Part shown: positions 37,235 through 46,306 of the stretch, piece by piece | Position numbering within the stretch: position 1 is the first letter of the stretch | Layout: the number at the start of each line of letters is the position of its first letter | NCBI GenBank assembly: GCA_031458695.1 | Contig: JAVKJW010000003.1 | Location: 64,001 to 128,000 of the forward strand | Origin: Candidatus Thermofontivivens primus | GTDB lineage: Bacteria > Sysuimicrobiota > Sysuimicrobiia > Sysuimicrobiales > Thermofontiviventaceae | Direction of reading: 5' to 3' | Length of the DNA: 64,000 bases | Program-made: the position numbers and the translations under genes | The notes under the pieces: generated by a model | What the model was told of the DNA's origin: nothing | What the model saw: only the letters and a program-made list of their open reading frames with translations | Databases searched by the model: none

Positions 37235-37352
37235 TTTTGCGGATGCGAGTGTCATCACGTGTGCCGAACGAAACGGCGGTTGTGTCCTCACCCTTGACAA
37301 ACAGGACTTCCAGGTTGCCGCCCGGGAAGGGAAGCTAGCGGTGTTCCCCTGA
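37230..37352 (+). pseudogene. C-terminal remnant of a PIN-domain (VapC-like) toxin
   Basis: Frame reads LSFADASVITCAERNGGCVLTLDKQDFQVAAREGKLAVFP*; N-terminal two-thirds of the domain missing; overlaps pepA stop. Confidence 0.7.
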
Positions 37353-38855
37353 TCCCTGCTTATTCGTTTCGTCCACAGTCGAAGTCAGGTACTCCAAGAG
37401 GGTCCGGACCCCGAACCCAGTGCCGCTTCCCTTAGGCCAGTAAGGGCCTTTGGCCTCGTCGTGCTCCACGAAGGCAGGGCCAGCGATGTCCAGGTGGGCC
37501 CAGGGCTTCCCCCCCACGAACTCCCGCAGGAAGAGGGCCCCCTTTTGAGCTCCGGCGTAACGACCACCAGAGTTGCGGAGGTCAGCGATTTCGCTCTTCA
37601 TGGGTTCAAAATACTCCTCGAAGAGGGGGAGCTGCCACACTTTCTCCCCAGCCCTGGAAGCAGCTTGGACCAGGCGGTCGATGAGCCGCTGGTCGTTCCC
37701 CATGATCCCCGCACAAATCGGCCCCAGGGCGATGATACACGAGCCGGTGAGCGTGGCTAGGTCGATGATCTCCTCAGCTCCTTGCTGGACGGCGTAAGCA
37801 AGGGCATCGGCGAGGATCAGCCGCCCTTCGGCGTCGGTGTTGTTGATCTCGATGGTGTGGCCGTCCATGGCGCGCACGATGTCCCCGGGTTTCGTGGCCG
37901 TCCCGCTGGGGAGGTTCTCCACGGCAGGAGCAATACCGAGGACGTGGACAGGAGGTGCTAGGTCGGGGAGGGCGCTCATCGCAGCGATGACGGCAGCGGC
38001 GCCGGCCATATCCATCTTCATGGTCTCCATCCCCTCGGTGCTCTTGATGTCCAAGCCTCCACTATCGAAAGTAACACCCTTACCCACAAGAGCCACGGTG
38101 CGTTTTGCTTGGGGAGGAGTATACTCCATGACAATGAACCGAGGGGGCTGCGAGGACCCCTGCGCGACGGATAGGATAGCCCCCATGCCCATCTGGCGCA
38201 TCTCCTCAGGCCCATAGATGGTGCAACGAATCCCTTTTTGGGTCGCTACCTCTCGGGCGATCTCAGCAAGCCGGGAGGGAGTCAGCTCGTTCGGTGGCTC
38301 GTTCACCAAATCGCGGGCAAAGCAGGTGGCGCTAGCAAAGATCGCTGCCCTGCGGATGGCCGTGTTGACCTCCTCCCCGCGATCCGGGGTGGTTAGGAGT
38401 TCCACCTTCTCCACCATTCCCTCTTCATCCGCCCGCTTGTACTTGCGGAACCGGTAGCTTCCCAGGATGGTCCCCTCAACCACAGCCTGGGCTTCTTCCT
38501 TGGCCGGGAAGCGGTCCAGGAGAGGCATCGCGATGTGGGCGAGGTGATGGCTCTGGGCGGTGTTCACGCCAATGGCGGCGGCCTGCCGGAGGTGATCAGT
38601 GGTCAGGCGGGAGGGGGATCCTAGTCCCACGAGCAATAACCTCCTTGGGGGGATGCGATCGTGGGTGTGAAAGAGGAGAGTACTCCTGCTCTTCCCTGTA
38701 AATCTCTCTTCCTGAACAACCTTCCTGAGGATTCCTCCGAGGGCTTGGTCTACCGTTGCGGCAGGGCCCACAAGGATCTCTCCCTCAGGAATCCCCAAGA
38801 TCAACAGGTCGCAGGGACAATTCTCGGGTGCAATGGTTGAGACGGTAAACTCCAC
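37335..38855 (-). CDS. pepA: Leucyl aminopeptidase (M17)
   Basis: VGKGVTFDSGG, MKMDMAG, NTDAEGRL, DLATLTG, HLDIAG, GTGFGVR; AAGGAGGAG SD before GTG 38855. Confidence 0.95.
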   Translation of the reverse strand: MEFTVSTIAPENCPCDLLILGIPEGEILVGPAATVDQALGGILRKVVQEERFTGKSRSTLLFHTHDRIPPRRLLLVGLGSPSRLTTDHLRQAAAIGVNTAQSHHLAHIAMPLLDRFPAKEEAQAVVEGTILGSYRFRKYKRADEEGMVEKVELLTTPDRGEEVNTAIRRAAIFASATCFARDLVNEPPNELTPSRLAEIAREVATQKGIRCTIYGPEEMRQMGMGAILSVAQGSSQPPRFIVMEYTPPQAKRTVALVGKGVTFDSGGLDIKSTEGMETMKMDMAGAAAVIAAMSALPDLAPPVHVLGIAPAVENLPSGTATKPGDIVRAMDGHTIEINNTDAEGRLILADALAYAVQQGAEEIIDLATLTGSCIIALGPICAGIMGNDQRLIDRLVQAASRAGEKVWQLPLFEEYFEPMKSEIADLRNSGGRYAGAQKGALFLREFVGGKPWAHLDIAGPAFVEHDEAKGPYWPKGSGTGFGVRTLLEYLTSTVDETNKQGSGEHR

Positions 38856-39013
38856 GCGTGGCTCCTCCTTTCGTGATGTGCGCCCTCGCACTTGGTGCCA
38901 GATCGCCTTCCCCATTGTAAAGAGGGATGGCGCACGAGCGCAACCCCTCCCAAGGGAATCTCCCAAGGACGGCGAAAAAGGAAAGAACTGGTAGTGTCGA
39001 CAGGAGGTTCTCC

Positions 39014-39871
39014 ATGAACATTGGCGCGAACCTGCTTCCTCTCGTTGGGAATGTCGTGAACCGGGAGGATCCTGATGGAGAGAGGCGGAGGCACCTTCAA
39101 GCCATCCGCGCGCTCGTCCAGGACTATGGGTTAGGAACGATTGAGCTGACTGGGGACTTCCCGGCTATCTATCCCGAGGTGATGGATCGCCGCTTTTATG
39201 AAGAGATCGCAGGAATCCAAGAGGAGCTTGGGTTCAGGTGCACTGTCCACTTGCCCTTTCTCTGGCTTGATCTGGGGAGCCTCAACGAGGAGATCCGCAG
39301 GGCAAGCATCGCTTCCACTCTTGCAGTGGTGGAGGCCATGGCCCCTTTAACCGTAGCGATCTATGTGGCGCACCTGTGGGGGTTGTGGTCGAAGGCAGTT
39401 GTGGAGGAAATCCCGCCTGATGCGGAGCGTGCAGTGTACAAAGCGCTCATTGCGCAGGCCGCCCGGAGCATCGAGGAGCTCAAAAAGAAGATTCCCGCGG
39501 AGCAGTTGTGCATCGAGAATCTGACTCCCACGCCGCTCGACACGTTGCTGATGCTGGCCCGGTCCCAGGGGGTACGTCTCTGCCTCGATGTAGGCCATCT
39601 CGCCTCGCGGGGAGAGGATCCTGGGGAAGCAATCAGGGAGAGCCGCGACGTCCTCGCCCACGTCCACTTGCACGACGTCCTGCGCCGGCAACGGCACGAT
39701 GGGACCTGGGAGAACCGCGATCACCTGGGGTTGGGAAGAGGGGATGTCGATTACGCGAAGGTCCTCCAGGCCCTTCGCCAAGGGGGGTTTACGGGGGCAA
39801 TTGTCCTGGAACACAGCTCGCGCGAGGATCTGGAAGCAAGCCTAGCAGTGCTCCGCGGCCACCTCCCCTGA
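39014..39871 (+). CDS. Sugar-phosphate isomerase/epimerase / AP-endonuclease-2 TIM-barrel protein
   Basis: TVHLP, CIEN, LDVGH, HVHLHD, DHLGLG, VLE; AGGAGG SD. Confidence 0.8.
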   Translation: MNIGANLLPLVGNVVNREDPDGERRRHLQAIRALVQDYGLGTIELTGDFPAIYPEVMDRRFYEEIAGIQEELGFRCTVHLPFLWLDLGSLNEEIRRASIASTLAVVEAMAPLTVAIYVAHLWGLWSKAVVEEIPPDAERAVYKALIAQAARSIEELKKKIPAEQLCIENLTPTPLDTLLMLARSQGVRLCLDVGHLASRGEDPGEAIRESRDVLAHVHLHDVLRRQRHDGTWENRDHLGLGRGDVDYAKVLQALRQGGFTGAIVLEHSSREDLEASLAVLRGHLP

Positions 39872-39913
39872 GGTCCCTGGGGCCGTCTTTCATTCCGCCG
39901 CCTTGCTCACCTC

Positions 39914-40861
39914 CTATAAGACCTGTCCCACGCCAAGATCCTGGGCGCGATCATAGACGAGCTTCGCCGCAGTCACGTCCTCCAAGGCGATCCCTTGGGA
40001 CTCGAACAAGGTGATCTCCTCAGAGGAACGGCGTCCCGGGGCGCGCCCGGCGACTACATCGGCGAGCTCAACGACCTCCTCCCAGTTGAGCTTCCCGGCG
40101 TTCGCGGCTGCGATAAGGTCTCCGGATTCGATGCGCGCCTGTTCCCTGGAGTCCACCACGACGATGTGGCTGCGGGAGACGGTCTCTATATCCACCTCCT
40201 GCTTGTGGGCCCAGTTGGACCCAATGGCGTTGATGTGGACGCCTGGCCGGAGCCAGCTCCCCCTGAGGACAGGCTGGGAGGCTGTTGTGGCTGTGATGAG
40301 GATATCTCCTCCTTCCACAGCTTCCTCGGCGCTTTTGACAGCTTCCACCTGGACTCCCAGCGTCTGAACCATCTCCTCAGCGAACGCAGCGCACCGTTCA
40401 GGGTTCCGGCTGTAGGCTTTCACGAGCGCGATGGGGCGGACGGCACAGACACCTCTCAGCTGCGTCCTGGCCTGTTTTCCGGATCCAATGATCCCCACGG
40501 ACCCGGACTCCGGCCGGCTCATGTACTTGGTGGCTACAGCGCTCGCCGCTCCTGTGCGCAGTTGCCCCAACAAGTCTGCCTCGATGACCGCCAGAAGTTC
40601 CCCATCCTCGATGCGGTAGAGCAACACCACGAAGCGGGTACCCCGCGGAGTGGTGGCGTAAGACTTGAGGCCCATCACACCGAATTCTCGGATCCCCGCG
40701 GACATGACGTGGAGGACTTCCTTCCCCAGGATCACCCGGTCCCGGGGACGGTTCACCGCTTTCCCTATGGCCAAGAGACGGAAAGCTTCTTCCAACGCGT
40801 GGATAAGGTCTCCCATCGGAAGTAAGCGCTCCACGTCTTCTTCGCGTAGGTAGAGAGCCAT
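39914..40861 (-). CDS. Ornithine cyclodeaminase/mu-crystallin family protein
   Basis: LGQLRTGAASAVATKY, GIIGSGKQA, HINAIGS, ITLFESQGIALED. Confidence 0.9.
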   Translation of the reverse strand: MALYLREEDVERLLPMGDLIHALEEAFRLLAIGKAVNRPRDRVILGKEVLHVMSAGIREFGVMGLKSYATTPRGTRFVVLLYRIEDGELLAVIEADLLGQLRTGAASAVATKYMSRPESGSVGIIGSGKQARTQLRGVCAVRPIALVKAYSRNPERCAAFAEEMVQTLGVQVEAVKSAEEAVEGGDILITATTASQPVLRGSWLRPGVHINAIGSNWAHKQEVDIETVSRSHIVVVDSREQARIESGDLIAAANAGKLNWEEVVELADVVAGRAPGRRSSEEITLFESQGIALEDVTAAKLVYDRAQDLGVGQVL

Positions 40862-40914
40862 TCCCACCCCTCCCTTCGGTATGCTCCTTTTCAACAATCG
40901 TAGGCCCTAGCTGC

Positions 40915-41790
40915 TTAGCCCATGAGGGTCTGCACGAACTGCTCTAGCGACCGCTGGGATGGGGGGCCGGTTTTGGCCATATACTCCTGCCAAGCCGCGG
41001 TGAGAGCAAGAGCGGTTTCTTCCCGGAGCGCCTCCGTTGCCCTCTGGAGAGGGAGAGGAGGTTCCCACGGGGGGCCTTCGAGGTGGAAGGCGACCTGATC
41101 GCAGTAATCCATGCAGTCGTTCAGGAACGTTCGGGTCTGCTCTCCATCCAGGTCGGAGAGGGTGAACTTTTTTCTGGTCATGTCCTCGTACGCTCCTATG
41201 AGGACCCCAGCCAGTGCAGCCAGTGCCGCGAGGGCACGGGTTCCCGACCATGTCGCCTGGATGCTCTGGGCAGCGCCAGGTGCCACGGACACCTCCAGGG
41301 CGAGATGCTCCGTCCATCGGTTTACAACGCCGGCACACAGGGCTGCGGCACGATGGAGGGTTTCGGGGGGATTTTCCGTCTGGACCGCGCGACGGAGGAT
41401 CCTCACGGCTGCTGTTTTGGCTTTCTTGGAGATCTCTGGCGTCGCGATTCTCGGCATGAGGATATCCCGTTCGAACAGCCACTCCACCAGGAGTGGAAGG
41501 GATCCCGGTGAGCGGTAGCGGTCAGCCCTCTTGCGGACCTCTTCCACTAGGGAACGCTTGAGCTGGCTTCCCCAGCTTCCTGCGGCCTCCAGGAGGATCT
41601 GCAGGGGCAAGTAGACGAGGATGATCCAGGCAATAGCTGCGATGAACCATCGTTCGGCCAGCATCTCCAAGGTGGCGAGGACGAGGAGGGTGAGGGCAAT
41701 CCCGGACAAGGTTGCTCCCAACAGCCACCGCCGCGCCGCTTTTCTTGCCTCCGGTGCCGCGAGCTGAGCGAGCCACAATCGCAGGAACAT
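40915..41790 (-). CDS. Hypothetical membrane protein (two N-terminal TM helices, helical soluble domain)
   Basis: 291-aa ORF, co-directional with the OCD-family gene; no motif recognised. Confidence 0.6.
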   Translation of the reverse strand: MFLRLWLAQLAAPEARKAARRWLLGATLSGIALTLLVLATLEMLAERWFIAAIAWIILVYLPLQILLEAAGSWGSQLKRSLVEEVRKRADRYRSPGSLPLLVEWLFERDILMPRIATPEISKKAKTAAVRILRRAVQTENPPETLHRAAALCAGVVNRWTEHLALEVSVAPGAAQSIQATWSGTRALAALAALAGVLIGAYEDMTRKKFTLSDLDGEQTRTFLNDCMDYCDQVAFHLEGPPWEPPLPLQRATEALREETALALTAAWQEYMAKTGPPSQRSLEQFVQTLMG

Positions 41791-41854
41791 GGTGGGCTAA
41801 ATTTCGACACAGGAAGCCCCCGTTCCTCGGGCGGTGAAGGAGGAAGAGGCCTGC

Positions 41855-43930
41855 ATGGCGTCGAAGAGTGGTAAACGTTTACCAACGATGGCCTTGGAGC
41901 GGAGCACGATCAGTGTTGTCCACTGGATGGTTTTCCCTGGTCCGGGGAGCACCCGATCCACGGCGCGAGGGGAAGCACCGGCAGAGTACGTCCTGAGGAC
42001 CGTCGAGCAAGTCCTCAAGGATCCCGCGTTTGGGGCACTTGAGGTGACGCGCGTCAAGGACCCGAGGGTGCGCCGCCGCATCGCCGAGCTTGCTGCACAG
42101 CACGGGAAGACGCTGTACTTCGGCGCGCAGCCAGTCCAGCTCCTCAACGAGGAGCGGTGGATCCCCCCCACCGATCTCTCCAGCGCCAACGAGGTGGCCC
42201 GCCGGCAGGCCGTGGAGCGGATCCTGCGTTGCGTCGACGAGGCCTATGAGATCGGCGCCGCCCGCATCAGCCTCCTGAGCGGCCAGGACCCAGGGGAATC
42301 CCCCAGCAACCGCTTGCGACAGGAGGCCACGGAGGCTCTCGTTCGGTCGCTTGCCGAGATCTGCCGCTACGCCCGCGAACGCGCCGAGGAGCTTGGGCGG
42401 GAGCCCCTGATGGTCGTCCTGGAACTATTCGACCGCAGGCCTGAGCGAGGGTTCCACAACCAGCTCATCGGTCCTTCCACGGAAGCCTTGGCCGTGGCGC
42501 GTATCGTCAGGGCGCACCTCGGGCACTACAACTTCGGTCTTCTCTATGACCTGGCCCACATGCCATTGATCCAGGGACCCGACGGTGCTCCCGAGACCCC
42601 CGATGCCGTGCGCCTGCTCGCGCCGTTTCTGGTGCATGTCCACATCGGGGGTACTGTTCTCGATCCGGAAGACCCCCTTTACGGGGACAGTCATGTGCGC
42701 CTGGATCACCCGAAGAGCGTCGTGAAGGAGGAAGAACTGGCTGGTTTTCTCGCCGCCCTCATGGACATCGGCTACACCGGCCCCATCGGCATTGAAGTTG
42801 TTCCTCGCCCGGGGGAGCTCTCTGAGGCAGTCCTGGAGAGCACCCGTGCCTTCCTTGAGGTAGCCCGTAACCGCACCGATGTGAACTACTCCCTCGGGAC
42901 CTTTTACTGGCACACACGCCGGTTTTTCCCGGAGGCACTGTGGTTGCTGCTCACCGAGGCCCGCGTGCGTCAGTCCCAGCGCATTGACGAGGCTGCCAGG
43001 AACCGCCGGCGCCCGCAGGCGATCACCCCGCCAGATGGGAAGCTCTTGATCCTAGCGGCGGACCACCCGGCGAGAAGAGTCACGGCCGCCCTGGACGACC
43101 CTACGGCCCTTGGAGATCGGATGGAGTACCTCGGTCGTGTCTTGCGCGTCCTCACGAGCCCCCTGGTGGACGGCGTGATGGCGACCCCCGACATTGTGGA
43201 TGACCTCCTCCTGGTGGACTACCTGCTGAAGGACGCGGGGCACGATGGGCTCCTGGATGGGCGGGTGGTGATCGGGTCGATGAACCGCTCCGGGCTCGCG
43301 GGTGTGGAGTACGAGATGGAGGACCGCATCACCGCCTTCACTCCAGAGGCGATCCACAACCGGGGCCTGGACGGCGGGAAGGCGCTCCTGCGCATCGACC
43401 CTGGACGTTACTCGCGGTACTCCATCCAGACCATGTCCTACGTGGCCCAGGCGTTGAACGCGCTGCGGCGTTATGGCCTGGCGGCGTTCGTGGAGATCCT
43501 CCCGGTGGAGCGGGTAGAGGGCCGGTACAGGGTGGTCATGGAGCCGGATGAGATGATCCGGGCGGTGGGGGTGGCTTCTGGCCTCGGTGAAGCCTCGGAC
43601 CGCACGTGGATCAAGATCCCCTATGTCCGGGACTTCTGGCGCGTTGCCCGGGCCACAACGCTTCCCATCCTCCTCCTGGGAGGGGAGGCACAGGAGAATC
43701 CCATTACCATCCTGGAGGACTTCGAACGGGGCATGGGGGAGGGACCGAACGTGCGCGGCGCCATGGTCGGCCGCAATGTGCTCTACCCAGGCAGGGATGA
43801 CCCCCGTGCCGTCGCCGAAGCTATCAGCCTGATCGTCCACCAAGGTGCCTCCGCCAACGAGGCGGTACGTCATCTCGCCCGGAACCGTGGGGCTGAGGAA
43901 AGGTACCTGGTGACACGCCTCCTCAGGTAG
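41855..43930 (+). CDS. Fusion: xylose-isomerase-like TIM barrel + Cgl0159-like class I aldolase domain
   Basis: N half: VVHWMVFP, GAQP, LSGQDP, LELFD, YDLAHMP, HVHIG, GIEV; C half: ILAADHPAR, DGVMATPD, GSMNRSGL, GGKALLRID, WIKIP, LLLGGE, VGRNVLYP; AAGGAGG SD before ATG 41855. Confidence 0.8.
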   Translation: MASKSGKRLPTMALERSTISVVHWMVFPGPGSTRSTARGEAPAEYVLRTVEQVLKDPAFGALEVTRVKDPRVRRRIAELAAQHGKTLYFGAQPVQLLNEERWIPPTDLSSANEVARRQAVERILRCVDEAYEIGAARISLLSGQDPGESPSNRLRQEATEALVRSLAEICRYARERAEELGREPLMVVLELFDRRPERGFHNQLIGPSTEALAVARIVRAHLGHYNFGLLYDLAHMPLIQGPDGAPETPDAVRLLAPFLVHVHIGGTVLDPEDPLYGDSHVRLDHPKSVVKEEELAGFLAALMDIGYTGPIGIEVVPRPGELSEAVLESTRAFLEVARNRTDVNYSLGTFYWHTRRFFPEALWLLLTEARVRQSQRIDEAARNRRRPQAITPPDGKLLILAADHPARRVTAALDDPTALGDRMEYLGRVLRVLTSPLVDGVMATPDIVDDLLLVDYLLKDAGHDGLLDGRVVIGSMNRSGLAGVEYEMEDRITAFTPEAIHNRGLDGGKALLRIDPGRYSRYSIQTMSYVAQALNALRRYGLAAFVEILPVERVEGRYRVVMEPDEMIRAVGVASGLGEASDRTWIKIPYVRDFWRVARATTLPILLLGGEAQENPITILEDFERGMGEGPNVRGAMVGRNVLYPGRDDPRAVAEAISLIVHQGASANEAVRHLARNRGAEERYLVTRLLR
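41869..41884. promoter_or_regulatory. LacI-type operator TGGTAAACGTTTACCA (copy 1)
   Basis: Perfect 16-bp palindrome with central AAACGTTT; identical copy at 44000. Confidence 0.85.
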
Positions 43931-43999
43931 AGCGGAATTCCTCTCTCTCTGCGGAACAGTACAGGAGGATGAGCAAGGAAAGACGTCGAAGGGGAAGTT

Positions 44000-44015
44000 T
44001 GGTAAACGTTTACCA
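44000..44015. promoter_or_regulatory. LacI-type operator TGGTAAACGTTTACCA (copy 2)
   Basis: Perfect palindrome 14 bp upstream of the LacI GTG start. Confidence 0.88.
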
Positions 44016-44029
44016 CAACGGAGGGGGAA

Positions 44030-45070
44030 GTGACGCCGACGATCCGGGACGTAGCAAGGAAGGCTGGCGTTTCCGTGGCCACGGTCTCCCGGGTAGTCAA
44101 CGAGAGCGCCCACAAGGTCCGTGAGGAGACGCGCCAGCGCGTTCTGGAAGCGATCCAAGCGCTTGGCTACCAACCCAACGACGTCGCTCGAGGCCTCAAG
44201 AAACGGACATCGCACACCATCGGTCTCATCGTCCCTGACATCAGCAACCCCTTCTACCCTGCCATCGCCCGCGGCATCGAGGACGTGGCCAACGCTCACG
44301 GGTACGCGATTGTCCTCTGCAATACCTACGAGGACCTTGCCAAGGAGCGGGAGTACCTCTCTCTCCTTCGGAGACGATGGGTGGATGGCCTGATCTTCGC
44401 GACCTCCGGGGTCAACACCAAGCACCTCCAGTGGTTACGGGGTCACCGTGTCCCTGTGGTGCTCGTGGCCAGGGATGTCGAGGGGTTAGAGATCGACGCT
44501 GTGCTCGTGGACAATTTCCGGGGAGCCTACCTGGCCGTCCAGCACCTGATCGGGCTCGGCCACCGCAGGATCGGGTTCATTGGGGGCCCATCGACGCTGC
44601 ACGTCTCTCAGGAGCGCCGGAGAGGGTACCTCCAGGCTCTTGACGACGCGGGCATCGCACCGGATCCTGCATACAGCGTGGAAGGGAACTTCCGCGCAGA
44701 GGGCGGGGATAGCGCGATGCAAAAGCTCTTGCAGCTTTCCCCTCCCCCGACCGCTGTGTTCGCTGCAAACGACCTGATGGCCATCGGGGCGATGAACGCC
44801 ATCAAGAGAGTAGGCCTGCGCATCCCGGGAGACGTTGCTGTGGTGGGGTTCGACGACATTCCCTTCGCCTCCCTCGTAGAGCCGCGCCTCACAACCGTTG
44901 CCCAGCCGAAGTACAAGATGGGGGCCATGGCGATGACGCTGCTCTTGGAGCGCATCGAGGGGAAGGGGGATGGCCCTAGGAAGATTCTCCTAGAGCCGGA
45001 GCTCATTGTGCGAGATTCGTGCGGGGCGCGCGAGAAGGAGGCGGAGGAAATCCCAGCTCCGCCGCCGTGA
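44030..45070 (+). CDS. LacI-family transcriptional regulator
   Basis: TIRDVARKAGVSVATVSRVVN, YQPN..ARGL, LGHRRI, NDLMAIG, VVGFDD, LTTV. Confidence 0.95.
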   Translation: MTPTIRDVARKAGVSVATVSRVVNESAHKVREETRQRVLEAIQALGYQPNDVARGLKKRTSHTIGLIVPDISNPFYPAIARGIEDVANAHGYAIVLCNTYEDLAKEREYLSLLRRRWVDGLIFATSGVNTKHLQWLRGHRVPVVLVARDVEGLEIDAVLVDNFRGAYLAVQHLIGLGHRRIGFIGGPSTLHVSQERRRGYLQALDDAGIAPDPAYSVEGNFRAEGGDSAMQKLLQLSPPPTAVFAANDLMAIGAMNAIKRVGLRIPGDVAVVGFDDIPFASLVEPRLTTVAQPKYKMGAMAMTLLLERIEGKGDGPRKILLEPELIVRDSCGAREKEAEEIPAPPP

Positions 45071-45085
45071 TTCACCCTCAGTATT

Positions 45086-45112
45086 TTGATTGCGTTGACT
45101 GTGTAGACCGCG
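45086..45112 (+). repeat. 9-bp tandem repeat x3 (same family as 47132)
   Basis: TTGATTGCG TTGACTGTG TAGACCGCG. Confidence 0.55.
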
Positions 45113-45127
45113 GAGGAGGGAGGTTCT

Positions 45128-46297
45128 ATGAAAGGACTGGTCTTGCATGCGGAATGGCAGCCCCGCCCTGGGTACGTGGTGAGCGAGTTTGAGCGGTCTA
45201 CGGGGAAGGCAATCACTGGGAGTAGCGTCTGGCGGTACCCTAAGCTTAGCCTGGAGGACCTCCCAGAGCCTCGCCTGGGTCCCAAGGACGTCCTCATCCG
45301 CCCCAAGGCGTGTGGAATCTGCGGGTCTGACGTGCACTTCTACGAGACGGACGAGGAGGGGTACATGCTCTACCCCGGTCTCACGAAGTTCCCTGTGGTG
45401 ATTGGCCACGAGTTCTCCGGGGAGGTCGTAGAGGTGGGTTCCGAGGTGCGGGACCTCCGTCCAGGGGACATGGTGACCTCGGAAGAGATGATCTGGTGCG
45501 GTGAGTGCACTCCCTGCCGCAACGGCTATCCCAACCAGTGCCTCAACCTCGAGGAGATCGGCTTCACCATCCCAGGCGCTCAGGCCGAGTACATCGTCGT
45601 GGGAGCCAAGTATTGCTGGAAGATCAACGACCTGGCAGAGCGATATGGGGATATTGACCGCGCCTACGAAGCAGGCGCCCTCTGCGAACCAACAAGTGTG
45701 GCCTACAATGCTATGTTCACCCGCGCCGGGGGCTTCCGCCCAGGGGGGTATGTGGCGGTGTTCGGGACAGGGCCTATCGGCTTCGCCGCCATTGCCCTGG
45801 CCCGGGCTGCGGGAGCGGGGAAGATCATTGCCTTTGAGGTCTCCCCAGTTCGTCATGAGCTCGCCAGGAAGATCGGCGCCGACGAGGTGTACAACCCCGT
45901 GGAGCTGGAGAGGCAAGGAATCTCCCCGCGCCAGGTACTCCTGGAGAGCACGAAGGGGGAGGGGGTGGATATGCATGTGGAGGCAGCGGGTGCTCCTAGT
46001 CGTACCATCCCAGAAATGGAGGCGACACTTGCCATTGGCGGCAAGATCGTGATGATCGGGAGGGCCTCGGAGCGGACGCCGATTTATCTCGAACACTTCC
46101 AGACCCACGCCGCCCAGATTTACGGCGCGCAGGGGCACTCGGGCTACGGGAACTTCCCCTACGTGATCCGCCTCATGGCCTCCGGGAAGATCGACATGAC
46201 CCAGATTATCACCAGCAGGTTCCCTTTGGATCGCGCGGTGGAGGCCGTCCAGAAGGCCGCCCGGCGCGAGGACGGTAAGATCATGATCCGGCAGTGA
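45128..46297 (+). CDS. iolM: scyllo-inosose 3-dehydrogenase (Zn-dependent MDR)
   Basis: Distinctive N-terminus LHAEWQPRP...GSSVWRYP; CGICGSDVH, YPGLTKFPVVIGHEFSG, GAQGHSG, as in Thermotoga IolM. Confidence 0.88.
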   Translation: MKGLVLHAEWQPRPGYVVSEFERSTGKAITGSSVWRYPKLSLEDLPEPRLGPKDVLIRPKACGICGSDVHFYETDEEGYMLYPGLTKFPVVIGHEFSGEVVEVGSEVRDLRPGDMVTSEEMIWCGECTPCRNGYPNQCLNLEEIGFTIPGAQAEYIVVGAKYCWKINDLAERYGDIDRAYEAGALCEPTSVAYNAMFTRAGGFRPGGYVAVFGTGPIGFAAIALARAAGAGKIIAFEVSPVRHELARKIGADEVYNPVELERQGISPRQVLLESTKGEGVDMHVEAAGAPSRTIPEMEATLAIGGKIVMIGRASERTPIYLEHFQTHAAQIYGAQGHSGYGNFPYVIRLMASGKIDMTQIITSRFPLDRAVEAVQKAARREDGKIMIRQ

Positions 46298-46306
46298 GAT
46301 TCTTCC

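Noticed and set aside
35215..37352. Integrative element or prophage at tRNA-Cys
   Set aside because: No integrase, transposase or phage genes, and I found no repeat of the tRNA 3' end.
38856..39013. Riboswitch upstream of the TIM-barrel gene, and a CbiR (cobamide remodelling) assignment for that gene
   Set aside because: No cobalamin or TPP riboswitch core motifs seen; the protein motifs are generic for the AP-endonuclease-2 superfamily and there are no cobamide genes nearby.
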